From assembly GCA_002742845.1 (NCBI GenBank), contig DLUH01000002.1:56848-120847 (forward strand): a DNA stretch of 64,000 nt, in the 5' to 3' direction. The notes under the pieces were generated by a model. The model saw only the letters and a program-made list of their open reading frames with translations. It searched no databases and was not told where the DNA came from. The position numbers were made by a program, and so were the translations under genes. Below are positions 49,298-60,079 of the stretch, one piece after another (the stretch's first letter is position 1; the number at the start of each line of letters is the position of its first letter). The stretch is from Sulfurovum sp. UBA12169 (GTDB taxonomy: Bacteria > Campylobacterota > Campylobacteria > Campylobacterales > Sulfurovaceae).

Positions 49298-50812
49298 TTA
49301 TCCAGCAAATGATGCTTTAAAGTCTTCGATAGCTTTACGTAATTCTGTATCTGTATCGTCATCAATTTTTTGAGAGCTTCTAATGCTATCAAGTATGTTT
49401 GCGTATTTTGCTTCCATGAACGGCATAAGTTCTGCTTCAAATTTTGTTACAGACCCTACAGGAACATCATCCAAGAACCCTTTTGAACCTGCAAATATAA
49501 TTACAACTTGCTTTTCGATAGCAATAGGAGAATATGGTCCCTGTTTAAGAACCTCTACCATTCTTTGCCCTCTCTCGAGTTGCTTTCTTGTATGCTCGTC
49601 AAGGTCAGATGCAAACTGTGCAAATGCCTGAAGCTCTCTAAATGATGCAAGATCAAGTCTAAGTGTTCCTGAAACCTGCTTAGTCGCTTTAATCTGAGCA
49701 GCGCCGCCCACACGTGAAACAGAAAGACCCACGTTAATTGCCGGCCTAATTCCTGAGTTAAACAAATCGGTCTCAAGGAAAATTTGACCATCGGTAATTG
49801 AAATAACGTTTGTTGGGATATATGCCGCAACATCACCCGCTTGTGTTTCAATAATAGGGAATGCCGTAATAGATCCTGCCCCAAGATTGTCGTTGAGTTT
49901 CGCTGCTCTTTCTAGCAGTCTTGAGTGAAGATAAAAAACATCACCGGGATAAGCTTCACGGCCCGGAGGTCTTCTAAGAATTAATGACATTTCTCTGTAT
50001 GCCACGGCATGTTTAGATAGGTCATCATAAAAAATTACCGCATGTCTTCCGTTGTCCCTGAAGTATTCAGCCATTGTTACACCTGCATACGGAGCAAGAA
50101 ATTGAAGTGCTGAAGAATCTGCTGCACCTGCATTTACCACGATAGTGTAATCCATTGCGCCGTGCTCTTCAAGCTTTTTAACCGTTGCGGCAACCGTAGA
50201 TTGTTTTTGACCGATTGCAACATAAATACATACAACATCTTGACCTTTTTGATTGATAATGGTATCAATTGCCAAGGTAGTTTTTCCTGTTTGTCTGTCG
50301 CCGATAATAAGCTCTCTTTGCCCTCTGCCTACCGGTACAAGTGCATCAATTGCTTTAATTCCTGTCTGAAGCGGCTCATGAACTGATTTTCTCGCCATAA
50401 TACCGGGTGCTTTTTCTTCTACGAATCTGTACTCGGCTGCCTCGAGTGCACCTTTTCCGTCCAATGATTCGCCAAGAGGATTTACAATTCTACCCATCAA
50501 TCCGTCGCCGACTGGCACCTTGAGAAGTTCACCAATTCTTTTGACACTCATGCCTTCTTTGATGCCTTCGCTTGAACCGAGTACAACAACCCCAACATTC
50601 GCCTCTTCAAGGTTTAATACCAACCCCTTTGCGCCGTTTTCAAACTCTACAACCTCACTTGCCATAACGTTGTTAAGACCATATACGGTTGAAATGCCGT
50701 CAGCAATACCTACTACTCTTCCTATTTCATTGATGTCAACATCAATCTCAAAGTTTTCAATTCTTTCCTTGATGATTGAGCTTATTTCATCTGCTTGCAA
50801 TTTAACTGCCAC
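49298..50812 (-). CDS. atpA: ATP synthase alpha subunit
   Basis: GDRQTGKT and [22 protein letters not shown] start at 50812 behind SD AAGGAG. Confidence 0.99.
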   Translation of the reverse strand: MAVKLQADEISSIIKERIENFEIDVDINEIGRVVGIADGISTVYGLNNVMASEVVEFENGAKGLVLNLEEANVGVVVLGSSEGIKEGMSVKRIGELLKVPVGDGLMGRIVNPLGESLDGKGALEAAEYRFVEEKAPGIMARKSVHEPLQTGIKAIDALVPVGRGQRELIIGDRQTGKTTLAIDTIINQKGQDVVCIYVAIGQKQSTVAATVKKLEEHGAMDYTIVVNAGAADSSALQFLAPYAGVTMAEYFRDNGRHAVIFYDDLSKHAVAYREMSLILRRPPGREAYPGDVFYLHSRLLERAAKLNDNLGAGSITAFPIIETQAGDVAAYIPTNVISITDGQIFLETDLFNSGIRPAINVGLSVSRVGGAAQIKATKQVSGTLRLDLASFRELQAFAQFASDLDEHTRKQLERGQRMVEVLKQGPYSPIAIEKQVVIIFAGSKGFLDDVPVGSVTKFEAELMPFMEAKYANILDSIRSSQKIDDDTDTELRKAIEDFKASFAG

Positions 50813-50834
50813 TGATACTCCTTTCTTTAGATTA

Positions 50835-51362
50835 CTATAGTGATTTCTTAATGAAATCAATTAATTGTTCTTTCACTCTCTGTTTAGAAAAGTTAACCTC
50901 AATACCTAAATCGTCAACTGAAACACGCATACCGTCAAGTTCACTTTTTTCCTGTGTTAATTTGACGCTTGAGCCTGTATATCTTTTGAGTGTCTCTTCA
51001 AGACTGCTCAGGGCTTCCGCACCAAGTGATTCTTTGCTTCTCAAAACACCTTGGTATATATTTGACTTTTTTTGTGCGTCGGCGTTCAATACTTTTGTAA
51101 TTGCCGGTATCAAATCCAATCTTTTATTTTCACCTAAAATTTTAATGAAATTAATAAGTATAGTATCATTTGTCCCATTTAATGCATCTACCAACATTTG
51201 AGTTTTCTGCTGACTTGAAACAATCGGTGAAGTCAAGACTTTTTGAATCTCACTGTCGCATATTGCTTTGCTCAATAGATTTAAAAGCTCCAAACTCTCT
51301 TTTAAATCTTTTTTGGCTGAACTTAATGCTTTGGCATATCTTTTAGCAATCAACTCTTCCAT
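50835..51362 (-). CDS. atpH: ATP synthase delta subunit
   Basis: IAKRYAKAL and [11 protein letters not shown]. Operon position fits. Confidence 0.95.
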   Translation of the reverse strand: MEELIAKRYAKALSSAKKDLKESLELLNLLSKAICDSEIQKVLTSPIVSSQQKTQMLVDALNGTNDTILINFIKILGENKRLDLIPAITKVLNADAQKKSNIYQGVLRSKESLGAEALSSLEETLKRYTGSSVKLTQEKSELDGMRVSVDDLGIEVNFSKQRVKEQLIDFIKKSL

Positions 51363-51913
51363 TATGCCACCTTCTTGCTGATGATTTCTACTACTTTGCT
51401 TTCATTGATCATGATATCGTCATTGCTGATATTTTGACTCAAAACTTCATCAATCACTTCTCTGGCAGATTTTCGTTCTTCCATGGTCATTTTTTCTTCA
51501 AGCTGTTTTTCCATAAGAGACAACTCATTTTCATTTGCCTGACTGATTTTTTCAGCTAAAAGCTTTGCTTCTTTTTTTGCATCAGCAATAATTTGATCAG
51601 CTTTTTTTTGACTCTCTTCTAGGCGAACATGAGCTTCTCTTTCTTCGTGTTTTGCTGATTGAAGCTTTTCTTCTATCTCTTGGAGTTGTGCCGCAATACC
51701 TTCTTTTCTTTCTTTAAAAAAGTTTTTGATCGGATTGGCAGCCAAATAATAAAGCAATGATGCAAATATAATAAAGTTTACCACCCTCGGGATAAAGTCA
51801 TTTTCTCTGCCTGTTTGTGCAAAATAGCGCCCCTCTTCCGCATGTCCGCTACTTGCAAGAACAAGTGCAGGAATGAGCAAAAGAGCCAATGCTGTCCATT
51901 TTTTCATATTCAT
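51362..51913 (-). CDS. atpF: ATP synthase b subunit
   Basis: VNFIIFASLLYY TM plus coiled coil, with a signal-like N-terminal extension. Confidence 0.92.
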   Translation of the reverse strand: MNMKKWTALALLLIPALVLASSGHAEEGRYFAQTGRENDFIPRVVNFIIFASLLYYLAANPIKNFFKERKEGIAAQLQEIEEKLQSAKHEEREAHVRLEESQKKADQIIADAKKEAKLLAEKISQANENELSLMEKQLEEKMTMEERKSAREVIDEVLSQNISNDDIMINESKVVEIISKKVA

Positions 51914-51922
51914 CTCTCTCTC

Positions 51923-52345
51923 CTATAGTTTGCTAAACTTAGCTTTTAAGCTCTCTTTGAATAGAGGCATTTGAGAAAGAAGTTCATTTTTTAGGTTTTC
52001 TTTATCCATAGTTAGCTTTTCCAAGAAACCTTGATACTCTTTATTGAGTTCATTTTGTTTTATTTCGACTTTACTTGCAGCCAACAATTTTTGCTCATCG
52101 ATTGCTTTTTGTCGTATCGCGGCAGCTTCATTCTTAGCATTGCTAATATTTTCATCTGCTTTGGCATTAAGTTCATCACTATTGCCACTAAAACTTTTTG
52201 CTGCTTCTAAATTTTTTGCTATCGAGTTGTTTCTGTCATCCATAAATTTTATTAATGGCTGAAATAGCATTGAATTTAAAAGAACAAGAAGAATTAGAAA
52301 TAACACTAAGACGAACAACATCAATGGTAAGTGTATGTCAAGCAT
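51923..52345 (-). CDS. atpF': ATP synthase b' subunit
   Basis: TM, LFQPLIKFMDDR and coiled coil. First atp gene. Confidence 0.92.
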   Translation of the reverse strand: MLDIHLPLMLFVLVLFLILLVLLNSMLFQPLIKFMDDRNNSIAKNLEAAKSFSGNSDELNAKADENISNAKNEAAAIRQKAIDEQKLLAASKVEIKQNELNKEYQGFLEKLTMDKENLKNELLSQMPLFKESLKAKFSKL

Positions 52346-52379
52346 TAATACTCCTCATGTAATTTCGCATTATTTTACC

Positions 52380-52385
52380 ATTATA
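52380..52385 (-). promoter_or_regulatory. -10 box of the atp-tol operon promoter
   Basis: TATAAT on the minus strand about 35 nt upstream of the atpF' ATG. Confidence 0.6.
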
Positions 52386-52453
52386 GATATGAGGTTTTGA
52401 TTAAAATATTACGTTTTATAGAAAATATTGAGGAGTATTGGCTACAATTATCT

Positions 52454-53320
52454 TTATTTATAAAACAAAGACAAAAATGTTTTTATTTCATCTTCGTTTT
52501 TAAAATTTATTTCAATACTGTTTGCTTTAATTTTATGAGAAAAAGGAAGGGCGCTGCTCAATTGTATCCGATAAGGTTCAATTAAAAAATCTTCCTTTTT
52601 CTCAGCAGCAGGCAAAGCTTTTTTTTCCCTATAATTTTTAATCATTTTTTCCGTATCGCGAACACTTAATTTTTGCCCCAAAATACTTTGAATTAAGATT
52701 TTTTGCTTTTCTTCATCCAGTCCTATCAATACCTTAGCATGTCCCTGAGAAATTTTTCCATTGATAAGTTCTTTTTGCGCATAGCTACTGAGGGTTAAAA
52801 GGCGCATTGTATTGGTAATTTGGGAGCGGCTTTTATGAACTATACCAGAAAGTTCCTCGTGTGTGATTTTGTGAACTTCTATTAATTCAGCATAGGAATT
52901 GGCCAGCTCAATTGCATTGAGATCTTCTCTTTGAATATTTTCAATCAATGCAAGTTCCCGAAGCCTTATCTCTCCGATATCAACCTGTGCAATAATTGCC
53001 TTAATCTGCTGAAGTTTTGCAAGCTTATGCGCACGAAGACGACGCTCTCCGGCAATTAGAAGATATCCATCCCCTTTTTCAATCACAACAATGGGCTGCA
53101 ATAGTCCGTGCTCTTTAATGGAGTCGCTTAACTCTTGTAATGCTTTTTCGTCAAAATGTTTACGCGGTTGAAAAGGATTGGGGACAATGCTGTTTACATC
53201 CAGCTCTTCTACCCGCGCCCCTTGGGCTTCAAGCTCAAAACTATCAATATTGCTCAAATCTTTTTCGTATGCTTCTTCAACTTCGCTAAGGATTTCCCCC
53301 AGTCCTCTTCCTAATGCCAT
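52454..53320 (-). CDS. parB: Chromosome partitioning protein ParB
   Basis: LGRGLG, NPFQPRK, IAGERRLRA and ENIQREDL. Confidence 0.97.
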   Translation of the reverse strand: MALGRGLGEILSEVEEAYEKDLSNIDSFELEAQGARVEELDVNSIVPNPFQPRKHFDEKALQELSDSIKEHGLLQPIVVIEKGDGYLLIAGERRLRAHKLAKLQQIKAIIAQVDIGEIRLRELALIENIQREDLNAIELANSYAELIEVHKITHEELSGIVHKSRSQITNTMRLLTLSSYAQKELINGKISQGHAKVLIGLDEEKQKILIQSILGQKLSVRDTEKMIKNYREKKALPAAEKKEDFLIEPYRIQLSSALPFSHKIKANSIEINFKNEDEIKTFLSLFYK

Positions 53321-53322
53321 TT

Positions 53323-54108
53323 TTAATTTCCTATAATTACTGTCGCCAAATCGCGATAAGCAACAGATCCCTTAGATGTCGAAGCATATTCTGTCACCGG
53401 TTTTCCAAAACTAGGACTTTCGGCTATTTTTACATTACGGGGAACCACGATGCACTCTTTTGCTTTCTTAAGATGAAAAAGCTTATCTTTAAAATGATGA
53501 CTCAAATCCGCCAATACTTGCTTGGAAAGGTTGTTTTGAGAAGAGTACATTGTCGGCAAAAAACCTTTAATTTTCAGTTTTGGATTAATAGTTTTTTTTA
53601 AAAGACTCACAGTATTAAGCAGTTGAGCTAAACCTTCAAGTGCAAAAAATTCGCATTGTATCGGGATAATAACAGAATCTGATGCACTCAATGCATTAAT
53701 TGTAATAGGGCCAAGCGCAGGAGGAGAATCTATAATAACATAATCATACCTCAGAGAAATCTCATTGATCTTTTCTTTAAGTATCAGTTCTCTATTTTTT
53801 CTCTTGGGATTATAAAACTCTTTTTCTATGCCCACCAGACCTATATTCGATGGCACAAGATGCAAGCCTTTCACTTTGGTTTTAAGTGTTACTTCGGATA
53901 TACTTTTATTCCCTATCAATACATGATAAATATTAAATTCATAATCTGCTCTGCTAAACCCAAGACTTGTTGTGGCATTAGACTGCGGATCTATATCCAA
54001 GAGAAGTACTTTTTTTCCATTTTCAGCCAAAGAGGCTGCCAAATTTACCGCTGTTGTTGTTTTTCCTACGCCACCTTTTTGGTTGGCAATGCTTATCACT
54101 TCGCTCAT
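53323..54108 (-). CDS. parA: Chromosome partitioning ATPase ParA/Soj
   Basis: NQKGGVGKTTT, DIDPQSN, DSPP and PIQCEFFALEG. Confidence 0.97.
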   Translation of the reverse strand: MSEVISIANQKGGVGKTTTAVNLAASLAENGKKVLLLDIDPQSNATTSLGFSRADYEFNIYHVLIGNKSISEVTLKTKVKGLHLVPSNIGLVGIEKEFYNPKRKNRELILKEKINEISLRYDYVIIDSPPALGPITINALSASDSVIIPIQCEFFALEGLAQLLNTVSLLKKTINPKLKIKGFLPTMYSSQNNLSKQVLADLSHHFKDKLFHLKKAKECIVVPRNVKIAESPSFGKPVTEYASTSKGSVAYRDLATVIIGN

Positions 54109-54740
54109 CGTAAACTAAACACCCTCTTCCCTTCTAAGATTAAAGAGCCGTCCTCGCACAAAACAGCACCAGAAAGACTCTTTTTGCAGTTTTCAATATG
54201 TACCGAAAACTCTCTGCTTCGTTCAAATTCTACCTGATACTCACTAAAAATATGCTTCCATTGAGGGAATTTGTCAAGTGCTTCAAGATACAATTTAAGT
54301 AGTTTTTCTGCTGAAACATCGCACGTGAGTGCTCTAAAGCCGTATTGATTATTTTTAAGATTGATACCAATGCCGCAAATCAAAATATTATTGACTTTTT
54401 GTGTAATTGTTCCGCCCACTTTATCTTGATCTAGATAAAAATCGTTAGGCCACTTGAGCCACACTTTTTCTCCCAAGTCATTCAAAACTTTTTTCATAAT
54501 AAAAGAAAAATAAATTGAAGCGGACGATAAAGCCAAATCCTTAGGAAGCGCATCAATAGACAAAGCTATGGAAGCAAAAAAATTACCTTCTCCTCCGCTC
54601 CATGTATTTTCTCTACTGCCTACTCCGACATTTTGTTCTGAGGCAATAACCGCCGCAGGAGATTTAAGTGCACCTGATTTTATCTTTTCTAAAAGATATT
54701 TTTGCGTAGAAGGAAGACTCTTAAATGAGTATATTTCCAA
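54105..54740 (-). CDS. birA: Biotin--protein ligase
   Basis: QNVGVGSR, LKWPND, KVGG and GIGIN. Confidence 0.93.
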   Translation of the reverse strand: MEIYSFKSLPSTQKYLLEKIKSGALKSPAAVIASEQNVGVGSRENTWSGGEGNFFASIALSIDALPKDLALSSASIYFSFIMKKVLNDLGEKVWLKWPNDFYLDQDKVGGTITQKVNNILICGIGINLKNNQYGFRALTCDVSAEKLLKLYLEALDKFPQWKHIFSEYQVEFERSREFSVHIENCKKSLSGAVLCEDGSLILEGKRVFSLR

Positions 54741-55641
54741 CCTTTAACCCCCTCCCCGCACAATAAGATTTTGCATCCATCGGTTTCTTGGAAACAGGCT
54801 GCAAAGTGATAAGCTTCAAAGAACCCTTCAGGCAGCCTACCGTAACGCCGTCCTGTGCAACACACATTATTTCCCCCCTACGATGCTTTGAGTTGGTTTC
54901 AACGATTTCAATCTCCAAAAGCTTGGTACCCGATGTGGTAAAAACACCTGGCCACCCCTCAAACGCTCTATATTTGTTATACAGTTTTCTTGCATCATCA
55001 AATGTAACTTCCCCATCGCCCTTCTTTATCTTTTTACAATAGCTTGCATCTGTTTTTATCTGTTTTTGGGGTGCGATCTTTTCAAAATTTCTAAGGATAT
55101 CTAAAGTTAATCGGCATGCATCTTGACTCAGTTTAGCCATAAGTGCATGCAGTCTTATCTGCTCTGGAATTTTGAAATAATAGTATCCCAAAATCGGTCC
55201 GCTATCCAAACCCTCCTCCATTAACATTGCTGTAACACCTGTATAGGCATCCCCATGCAGCAGCGACTGCTGTACCGGACTTGCTCCCCTGTATTCAGGC
55301 AACAATGAGGCATGAAGATTGACACAGGGCGCAATGTCCAAAATGGCTTTTTGCAATAGCTGTCCGAATGCTGCCACAACAATCAAATCAGGAGTACTGG
55401 CCCTAATAGTCTCAACAATACCTTCGTCAGTTAATTTTTCTGGCTGCAATACTCTGATACCATGGGCTTGAGCCAATATCTTAACAGGCGGCGGCGTCAG
55501 AACCTTTTTGCGTCCTGCAGGCCTGTCTGGCTGAGTGATCACCAGATTAACATCCATATCTTCTGCATCTATAAGAACTTGGAGTATCTCTTTGGCATAC
55601 GAAGGGGTTCCCATATAGACAATCTTTTTCTTACCTAACAA
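54721..55641 (-). CDS. fmt: Methionyl-tRNA formyltransferase
   Basis: [29 protein letters not shown] and LDSGP. Confidence 0.97.
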   Translation of the reverse strand: MLGKKKIVYMGTPSYAKEILQVLIDAEDMDVNLVITQPDRPAGRKKVLTPPPVKILAQAHGIRVLQPEKLTDEGIVETIRASTPDLIVVAAFGQLLQKAILDIAPCVNLHASLLPEYRGASPVQQSLLHGDAYTGVTAMLMEEGLDSGPILGYYYFKIPEQIRLHALMAKLSQDACRLTLDILRNFEKIAPQKQIKTDASYCKKIKKGDGEVTFDDARKLYNKYRAFEGWPGVFTTSGTKLLEIEIVETNSKHRRGEIMCVAQDGVTVGCLKGSLKLITLQPVSKKPMDAKSYCAGRGLKVGNILI

Positions 55642-56392
55642 AAAGAGTGCCTCCCTTGTGTTGATTTTTAATCAGAAAATCCCTCACATTACTTAGGTCA
55701 AAACCATTTGCTAAAAACATTTCTCTTTCATGCTTTAACAAAAAGTCTGCCGCCTGCAGTTTCGTAACAATACCTCCTGTGGCAAATGTATTGTTTGGCG
55801 TATGATCGGCATGCAATTCTTCTTCCCGTATTTCATGAACAACCAAACGCTGCTTCGCATCTTCGTACTTGTGAGGATCTTTGTCATAATAGGCATCAAT
55901 ATCTGAAAGTATGACCAAGAGTTTTGCATCAAAATAGTACGCCACATGTGCCGAGAGCCTGTCGTTATCACCAAAAACCAACTCTTCAATGCTGACCGTA
56001 TCGTTTTCGTTAATAATAGGAATTACTTTATTTTTCAAGAGTGTATCGATGGCAGCTTTTGCATGTGCAATATGTCCCGGGTTTTCAAACACATCTGCGC
56101 TTAACAGCACCTGAGAACAAAGCATTCCAAATTTTGCAAATTTCTCTTGATACATTTTAAGCAGCAAGGGTTGTCCAATTGCAGCTAGAGCCTGTCTGTT
56201 GGCAACAATACTTTTATCTAAAGGGAGTTGCGTATATCCCGCAGCAACAGCTCCGGAACTTACCAATATCGTCTCATACCCATTTTTTTCAAGATCGGCA
56301 ATCAAGCTTACCAAACCAAGCAGCCTCTCTTTTGCCATAGCCCCATTTTCAGTCAAAACATGAGAACCTACCTTAATAACAATACGCTTCAT
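55631..56392 (-). CDS. proB: Glutamate 5-kinase (no PUA domain)
   Basis: [24 protein letters not shown] and TGGIVTK. Confidence 0.96.
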   Translation of the reverse strand: MKRIVIKVGSHVLTENGAMAKERLLGLVSLIADLEKNGYETILVSSGAVAAGYTQLPLDKSIVANRQALAAIGQPLLLKMYQEKFAKFGMLCSQVLLSADVFENPGHIAHAKAAIDTLLKNKVIPIINENDTVSIEELVFGDNDRLSAHVAYYFDAKLLVILSDIDAYYDKDPHKYEDAKQRLVVHEIREEELHADHTPNNTFATGGIVTKLQAADFLLKHEREMFLANGFDLSNVRDFLIKNQHKGGTLFVR

Positions 56393-57505
56393 TTATGCCT
56401 CTTTTTCCTCAACTACATTTTTTACAAAATCGCCCAAGGCATAGCGTAATGCCTCTGTATTTAAATGTGCAACCGATGATATTGGAAGCACAAAAAAAGG
56501 TTCTTTTTGCGGCAACAAAACCCCAAACTCTTTTTTAAATCCATAACTAAAAAAATCTGTGTCGGCTTTATATTGTTTCAAGGTATCATTTGCTTCAAGG
56601 CCTATATCTTGCAAAAAAGCCTCGATCAATCGATTGGCTTCCTCTTGGGGCAACGCATCTATCTTTGTGATGGCTATCGCATATTTTCGTTTTGATAATG
56701 TCTCAGAATAGCGCTCCAATTCAACCAAAAGTGTTTCATACTGGTACTTCATTTCTCTATAGTTGGAGACATCGATCATTATCAACAATGTTTTAGTTCT
56801 TTCTATATGCTTTAAAAACTCAAGCCCCAATCCTCTACCATCACTTGCGCCCTCAATAATACCTGGAATATCTGCCATCATAAAGGAATCATAATCACCA
56901 ATATGCACTACGCCCAGCTTGGGAGTCAGAGTGGTAAATTCATAGTTTGCTACTTCCGGCCTTGCATTGGATAGTGTAGAAATTAATGTTGATTTTCCCA
57001 CATTAGGATACCCCACAAGTCCTACGTCGGCAATAAGTTTCATCTCCAATCTGACATGCTTTATGATTCCAGGCAATCCCGGCTGTGCATAGGTAGGCCT
57101 CTGGTTGCTGGCGCTTTTAAAGTGCATATTCCCCAGTCCCCCTTTGCCTCCCTCAAGAAACAAAACCACCTCCCCCTCATTCACAAGGTCCAAAAGTTCT
57201 TCGCCTGTCTCCATATCTATCACCTGCGTTCCCGGCGGAACAACGATAGTTGTATCCTTTCCTTTTCGCCCGTAACATTTACGCCCTTCTCCGGGGCGGC
57301 CGTTTTCAGCCTTAATGACATTTCGTCCGCGGAGTGAAGAAAGCGTATCGGTATTGTTATCTACTTTAAAAAAAACAGAACCTCCTCGACCTCCGTCTCC
57401 TCCGTCAGGACCACCTTTGATCACAAATTTTTCTGTCCAAAATGAAACTGCTCCGGCTCCGCCTTTACCTGAACTTATTGTAAGTTCTACACTATCTACA
57501 AACAT
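56393..57505 (-). CDS. obgE: GTPase ObgE/CgtA
   Basis: [26 protein letters not shown] and DIPG. Confidence 0.98.
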   Translation of the reverse strand: MFVDSVELTISSGKGGAGAVSFWTEKFVIKGGPDGGDGGRGGSVFFKVDNNTDTLSSLRGRNVIKAENGRPGEGRKCYGRKGKDTTIVVPPGTQVIDMETGEELLDLVNEGEVVLFLEGGKGGLGNMHFKSASNQRPTYAQPGLPGIIKHVRLEMKLIADVGLVGYPNVGKSTLISTLSNARPEVANYEFTTLTPKLGVVHIGDYDSFMMADIPGIIEGASDGRGLGLEFLKHIERTKTLLIMIDVSNYREMKYQYETLLVELERYSETLSKRKYAIAITKIDALPQEEANRLIEAFLQDIGLEANDTLKQYKADTDFFSYGFKKEFGVLLPQKEPFFVLPISSVAHLNTEALRYALGDFVKNVVEEKEA

Positions 57506-57633
57506 AAATTAAACCTTTAAAGTTATAAGCATCTCCCTTTTAAGGGAGGCCTAAATGAATTGCAAAATTATATCCAAATTAGAAAAATTATCGCTATAAT
57601 TTTACATGAAAGACTGGGAAATGGGGTTTTTAG

Positions 57634-57906
57634 ATGAACACAAAATTAAACTTTTTACTGTTGTCAAGCTTTTTATCTGTATTGTTCATTGGTTGCACAC
57701 CCGCAAAAACACCTCAGAACCAAGGAGGATATTATCACAACGGTATTTATTTTGGTAAAAATTTGAGCAAAAGTTTTCAAGATGGTATTCAGGATGGATG
57801 CACTACTGCTCGAGGCGATTATCAAAAATCACATACTCTTTTCAACACCAACGAATATTATCGAGAGGGATGGTTTCTGGGTCGGAATAAATGCCGATTG
57901 AATTAA
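57634..57906 (+). CDS. Small hypothetical lipoprotein
   Basis: Lipobox LFIG-C. TATAAT at 57595-57600, and a terminator follows. Confidence 0.75.
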   Translation: MNTKLNFLLLSSFLSVLFIGCTPAKTPQNQGGYYHNGIYFGKNLSKSFQDGIQDGCTTARGDYQKSHTLFNTNEYYREGWFLGRNKCRLN

Positions 57907-57921
57907 ACAAATGAAGAAAAC

Positions 57922-57949
57922 AAAAAGTTCGGCTATAGCCGAACTTTTT
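57922..57949. terminator. Bidirectional intrinsic terminator (lipoprotein / rpmA)
   Basis: AAAAAGTTCGGC-tata-GCCGAACTTTTT perfect 12-bp inverted repeat. Confidence 0.88.
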
Positions 57950-57952
57950 AAA

Positions 57953-58207
57953 TTAAGCAGGAACTACCGAAACTTTTTTTCGTGTAGCTGTTTTGTTTTC
58001 AAATTTTACAACACCTTCAATAAGTGCAAAAAGAGTATGATCTTTTCCCATACCTACACCTGTACCCGGGTGCACTTTTGTTCCTCTTTGTCTGATGATG
58101 ATATTACCAGGAATCACTGCTTCCCCACCAAATTTTTTCACGCCTAAACGACGTCCAGCTGAATCACGGTTATTCTGGGTAGATCCCTGACCTTTCTTAT
58201 GTGCCAT
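57953..58207 (-). CDS. rpmA: 50S ribosomal protein L27
   Basis: [16 protein letters not shown] and IIIRQRG. Confidence 0.99.
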   Translation of the reverse strand: MAHKKGQGSTQNNRDSAGRRLGVKKFGGEAVIPGNIIIRQRGTKVHPGTGVGMGKDHTLFALIEGVVKFENKTATRKKVSVVPA

Positions 58208-58216
58208 CTTTGCTCC

Positions 58217-58522
58217 TTATGCGATTTTAGTAATTCTTACTCTAGTGAAGTCTCTTCTGAAACCTCTTTTAAGTTTAGAATCTTTTCTTCTTCTCTTTTT
58301 GTAAATGATCACTTTTTTATCTCTACCTTCATTGATCACTTCACCTTTAACTACGGCACCTTCTACGAAAGGAGTACCTACAGTTAATTCACCATTGTCA
58401 AGTGCAAGAACTTCTTTGAATTCTACTGCACTTTTAGGCTCAAGATTCATATTGTCAAAACAGACGATATCGCCTTCTTTGACTTTGAATTGTTGGCCAC
58501 TTGCTTTAATGATTGCGTACAT
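58217..58522 (-). CDS. rplU: 50S ribosomal protein L21
   Basis: [14 protein letters not shown] and KRGFRRDFT. Confidence 0.98.
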   Translation of the reverse strand: MYAIIKASGQQFKVKEGDIVCFDNMNLEPKSAVEFKEVLALDNGELTVGTPFVEGAVVKGEVINEGRDKKVIIYKKRRRKDSKLKRGFRRDFTRVRITKIA

Positions 58523-58624
58523 TGCAAACCCTTTACTGTCTATAATTTTTTAAAAAGTTCGTGATTATACCTAAAGTTGTTTTAATGTTTTTTTAAACCA
58601 AAACCTATTTGTTCGCTTTTGTTG

Positions 58625-59014
58625 TCAATAGTTATAATCTTGGCTTGCAACCGCAATGCATTCTATTTCTATCAATGCATTTTTAGGCAGCATTTTGACC
58701 GCTACAGTACTTCTTGCAGGTCTATGGGTACCAAAATAATGGGCATAAATTTTATTAACTTTGTCAAAATCATTCATGTCAACCAAAAAAATAGTGGTTT
58801 TAACCACATCGCTAAAACGTACGCCTGCTTCCTCAAGAACATAAAAGAGGTTTTTCATTACTTGATGCGTCTGATTTTCTACATCATCGCCTGCCATCAC
58901 ACCTTTTTCTGTGAGTGCTATTTGTCCTGACGTATAGACAAAACCATTAACCTCTATAGCCTGTGAATATGGTCCTATCGCTTCTGGTGCTTCTTTGGTT
59001 GCAATAAATTTCAT
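58625..59014 (-). CDS. ridA: RidA/YjgF-family enamine deaminase
   Basis: APEAIGPYSQA, SGQI, RPARSTV and IEIE. Start at MKFIA behind SD AAGGAG. Confidence 0.93.
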   Translation of the reverse strand: MKFIATKEAPEAIGPYSQAIEVNGFVYTSGQIALTEKGVMAGDDVENQTHQVMKNLFYVLEEAGVRFSDVVKTTIFLVDMNDFDKVNKIYAHYFGTHRPARSTVAVKMLPKNALIEIECIAVASQDYNY

Positions 59015-59034
59015 TGTTTTCTCCTTTTTATTAA

Positions 59035-59376
59035 TCAATTGCTTTCATAAAAAATATAATTTGTAGAATAGTCAGAAAATTCAAAATAAACCTTTTTCTC
59101 ACCGTTGTCTACTGTGCCGTTAAAATTTTTATCATCATAGCCGTAACCGTAACGATAAGACCTTGTCTGACTGTCATTTGTGCCCTGCGCTGTTGAAAGT
59201 TTATCAATTTTAACAAACTTGTGAACCAGTTTATCTCCTGCGTATATATCAAGAACACCGTTGGTTCCCGTCCAATTTTGCAAAGACCGGCTCATCGAAT
59301 TCTGCGTTTCTTGGGTGCAGCCTGCAAAAAATAACATTACACATGAAAAAAATATTAATTTTAATTTCATAACCAC
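59035..59376 (-). CDS. Hypothetical lipoprotein with an EF-hand-like loop
   Basis: Lipobox FFAG-C and DKNFNGTVDNGE. Confidence 0.8.
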   Translation of the reverse strand: MVMKLKLIFFSCVMLFFAGCTQETQNSMSRSLQNWTGTNGVLDIYAGDKLVHKFVKIDKLSTAQGTNDSQTRSYRYGYGYDDKNFNGTVDNGEKKVYFEFSDYSTNYIFYESN

Positions 59377-59394
59377 TCCTCTTATATTATTATT

Positions 59395-60078
59395 TTAGCA
59401 CTTTTTGGCTTTTGGCATTCCAAATTTCTGAGTGATTAATTCACCCTCCTGATTAAAATAAAGATAATACAGTTTATCTTTAGCCACAGAAAGTCCGGCT
59501 AAATATCTTAGCGCCAAGTTGGCTTGAAGTGAGCCAATATGCATAACAATGGGCGCTGCTATACCTCCGGGCTTATGATTTGAAATATTAAAGACTTGGA
59601 AATTCGCTTCTTCAAAAAAGCAGACTTGCCCATTAAATTCTTCTACACTGGCGTAAATCCACGGTGTTTTTGTCTGCTTGGCATACTTGTCTATCTCGCC
59701 CCTTACAGGAAGATTATCTGTAGCATCAAGAATAAGGTCATATTTGTTTTGCAGTCTGCTAAATGCTTCAAAATCCATATCAAATCCTATTATTTTAACA
59801 AAAGGATTTTTGTTTTTAATGAGCTGCACAGCCGTTTTAGCTTTATTTTTGCCTTCGTCCGCCAGGGTAAATGCAATTTGTCTATGGATATTATGTAACG
59901 ATACGGTATCAAAATCTACTATGTGTATCTCACCAATCCCCGATGTACCCAATGCAAGAGCCAAAGTGCTTCCAAGGCCGCCGCTGCCTATGATGGCTAT
60001 CTTTTTTTTCTCTAAAGATTTCTGTGTGGCTTCACCCCACAACTGTATCTGTCTACTGAAGTATGCTTCAGGTATCAC
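59395..60078 (-). CDS. ThiF/MoeB/HesA-family adenylyltransferase
   Basis: YFSRQI, GSGGLG, NIHRQ and DATDN. Confidence 0.9.
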   Translation of the reverse strand: MIPEAYFSRQIQLWGEATQKSLEKKKIAIIGSGGLGSTLALALGTSGIGEIHIVDFDTVSLHNIHRQIAFTLADEGKNKAKTAVQLIKNKNPFVKIIGFDMDFEAFSRLQNKYDLILDATDNLPVRGEIDKYAKQTKTPWIYASVEEFNGQVCFFEEANFQVFNISNHKPGGIAAPIVMHIGSLQANLALRYLAGLSVAKDKLYYLYFNQEGELITQKFGMPKAKKC

Positions 60079-60079
60079 C

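Noticed and set aside
49705-49720. parS-like half site ACGTGAAACA
   Set aside because: Only one half matches TGTTTCACGTGAAACA, and it encodes the conserved VSRVGG of AtpA.
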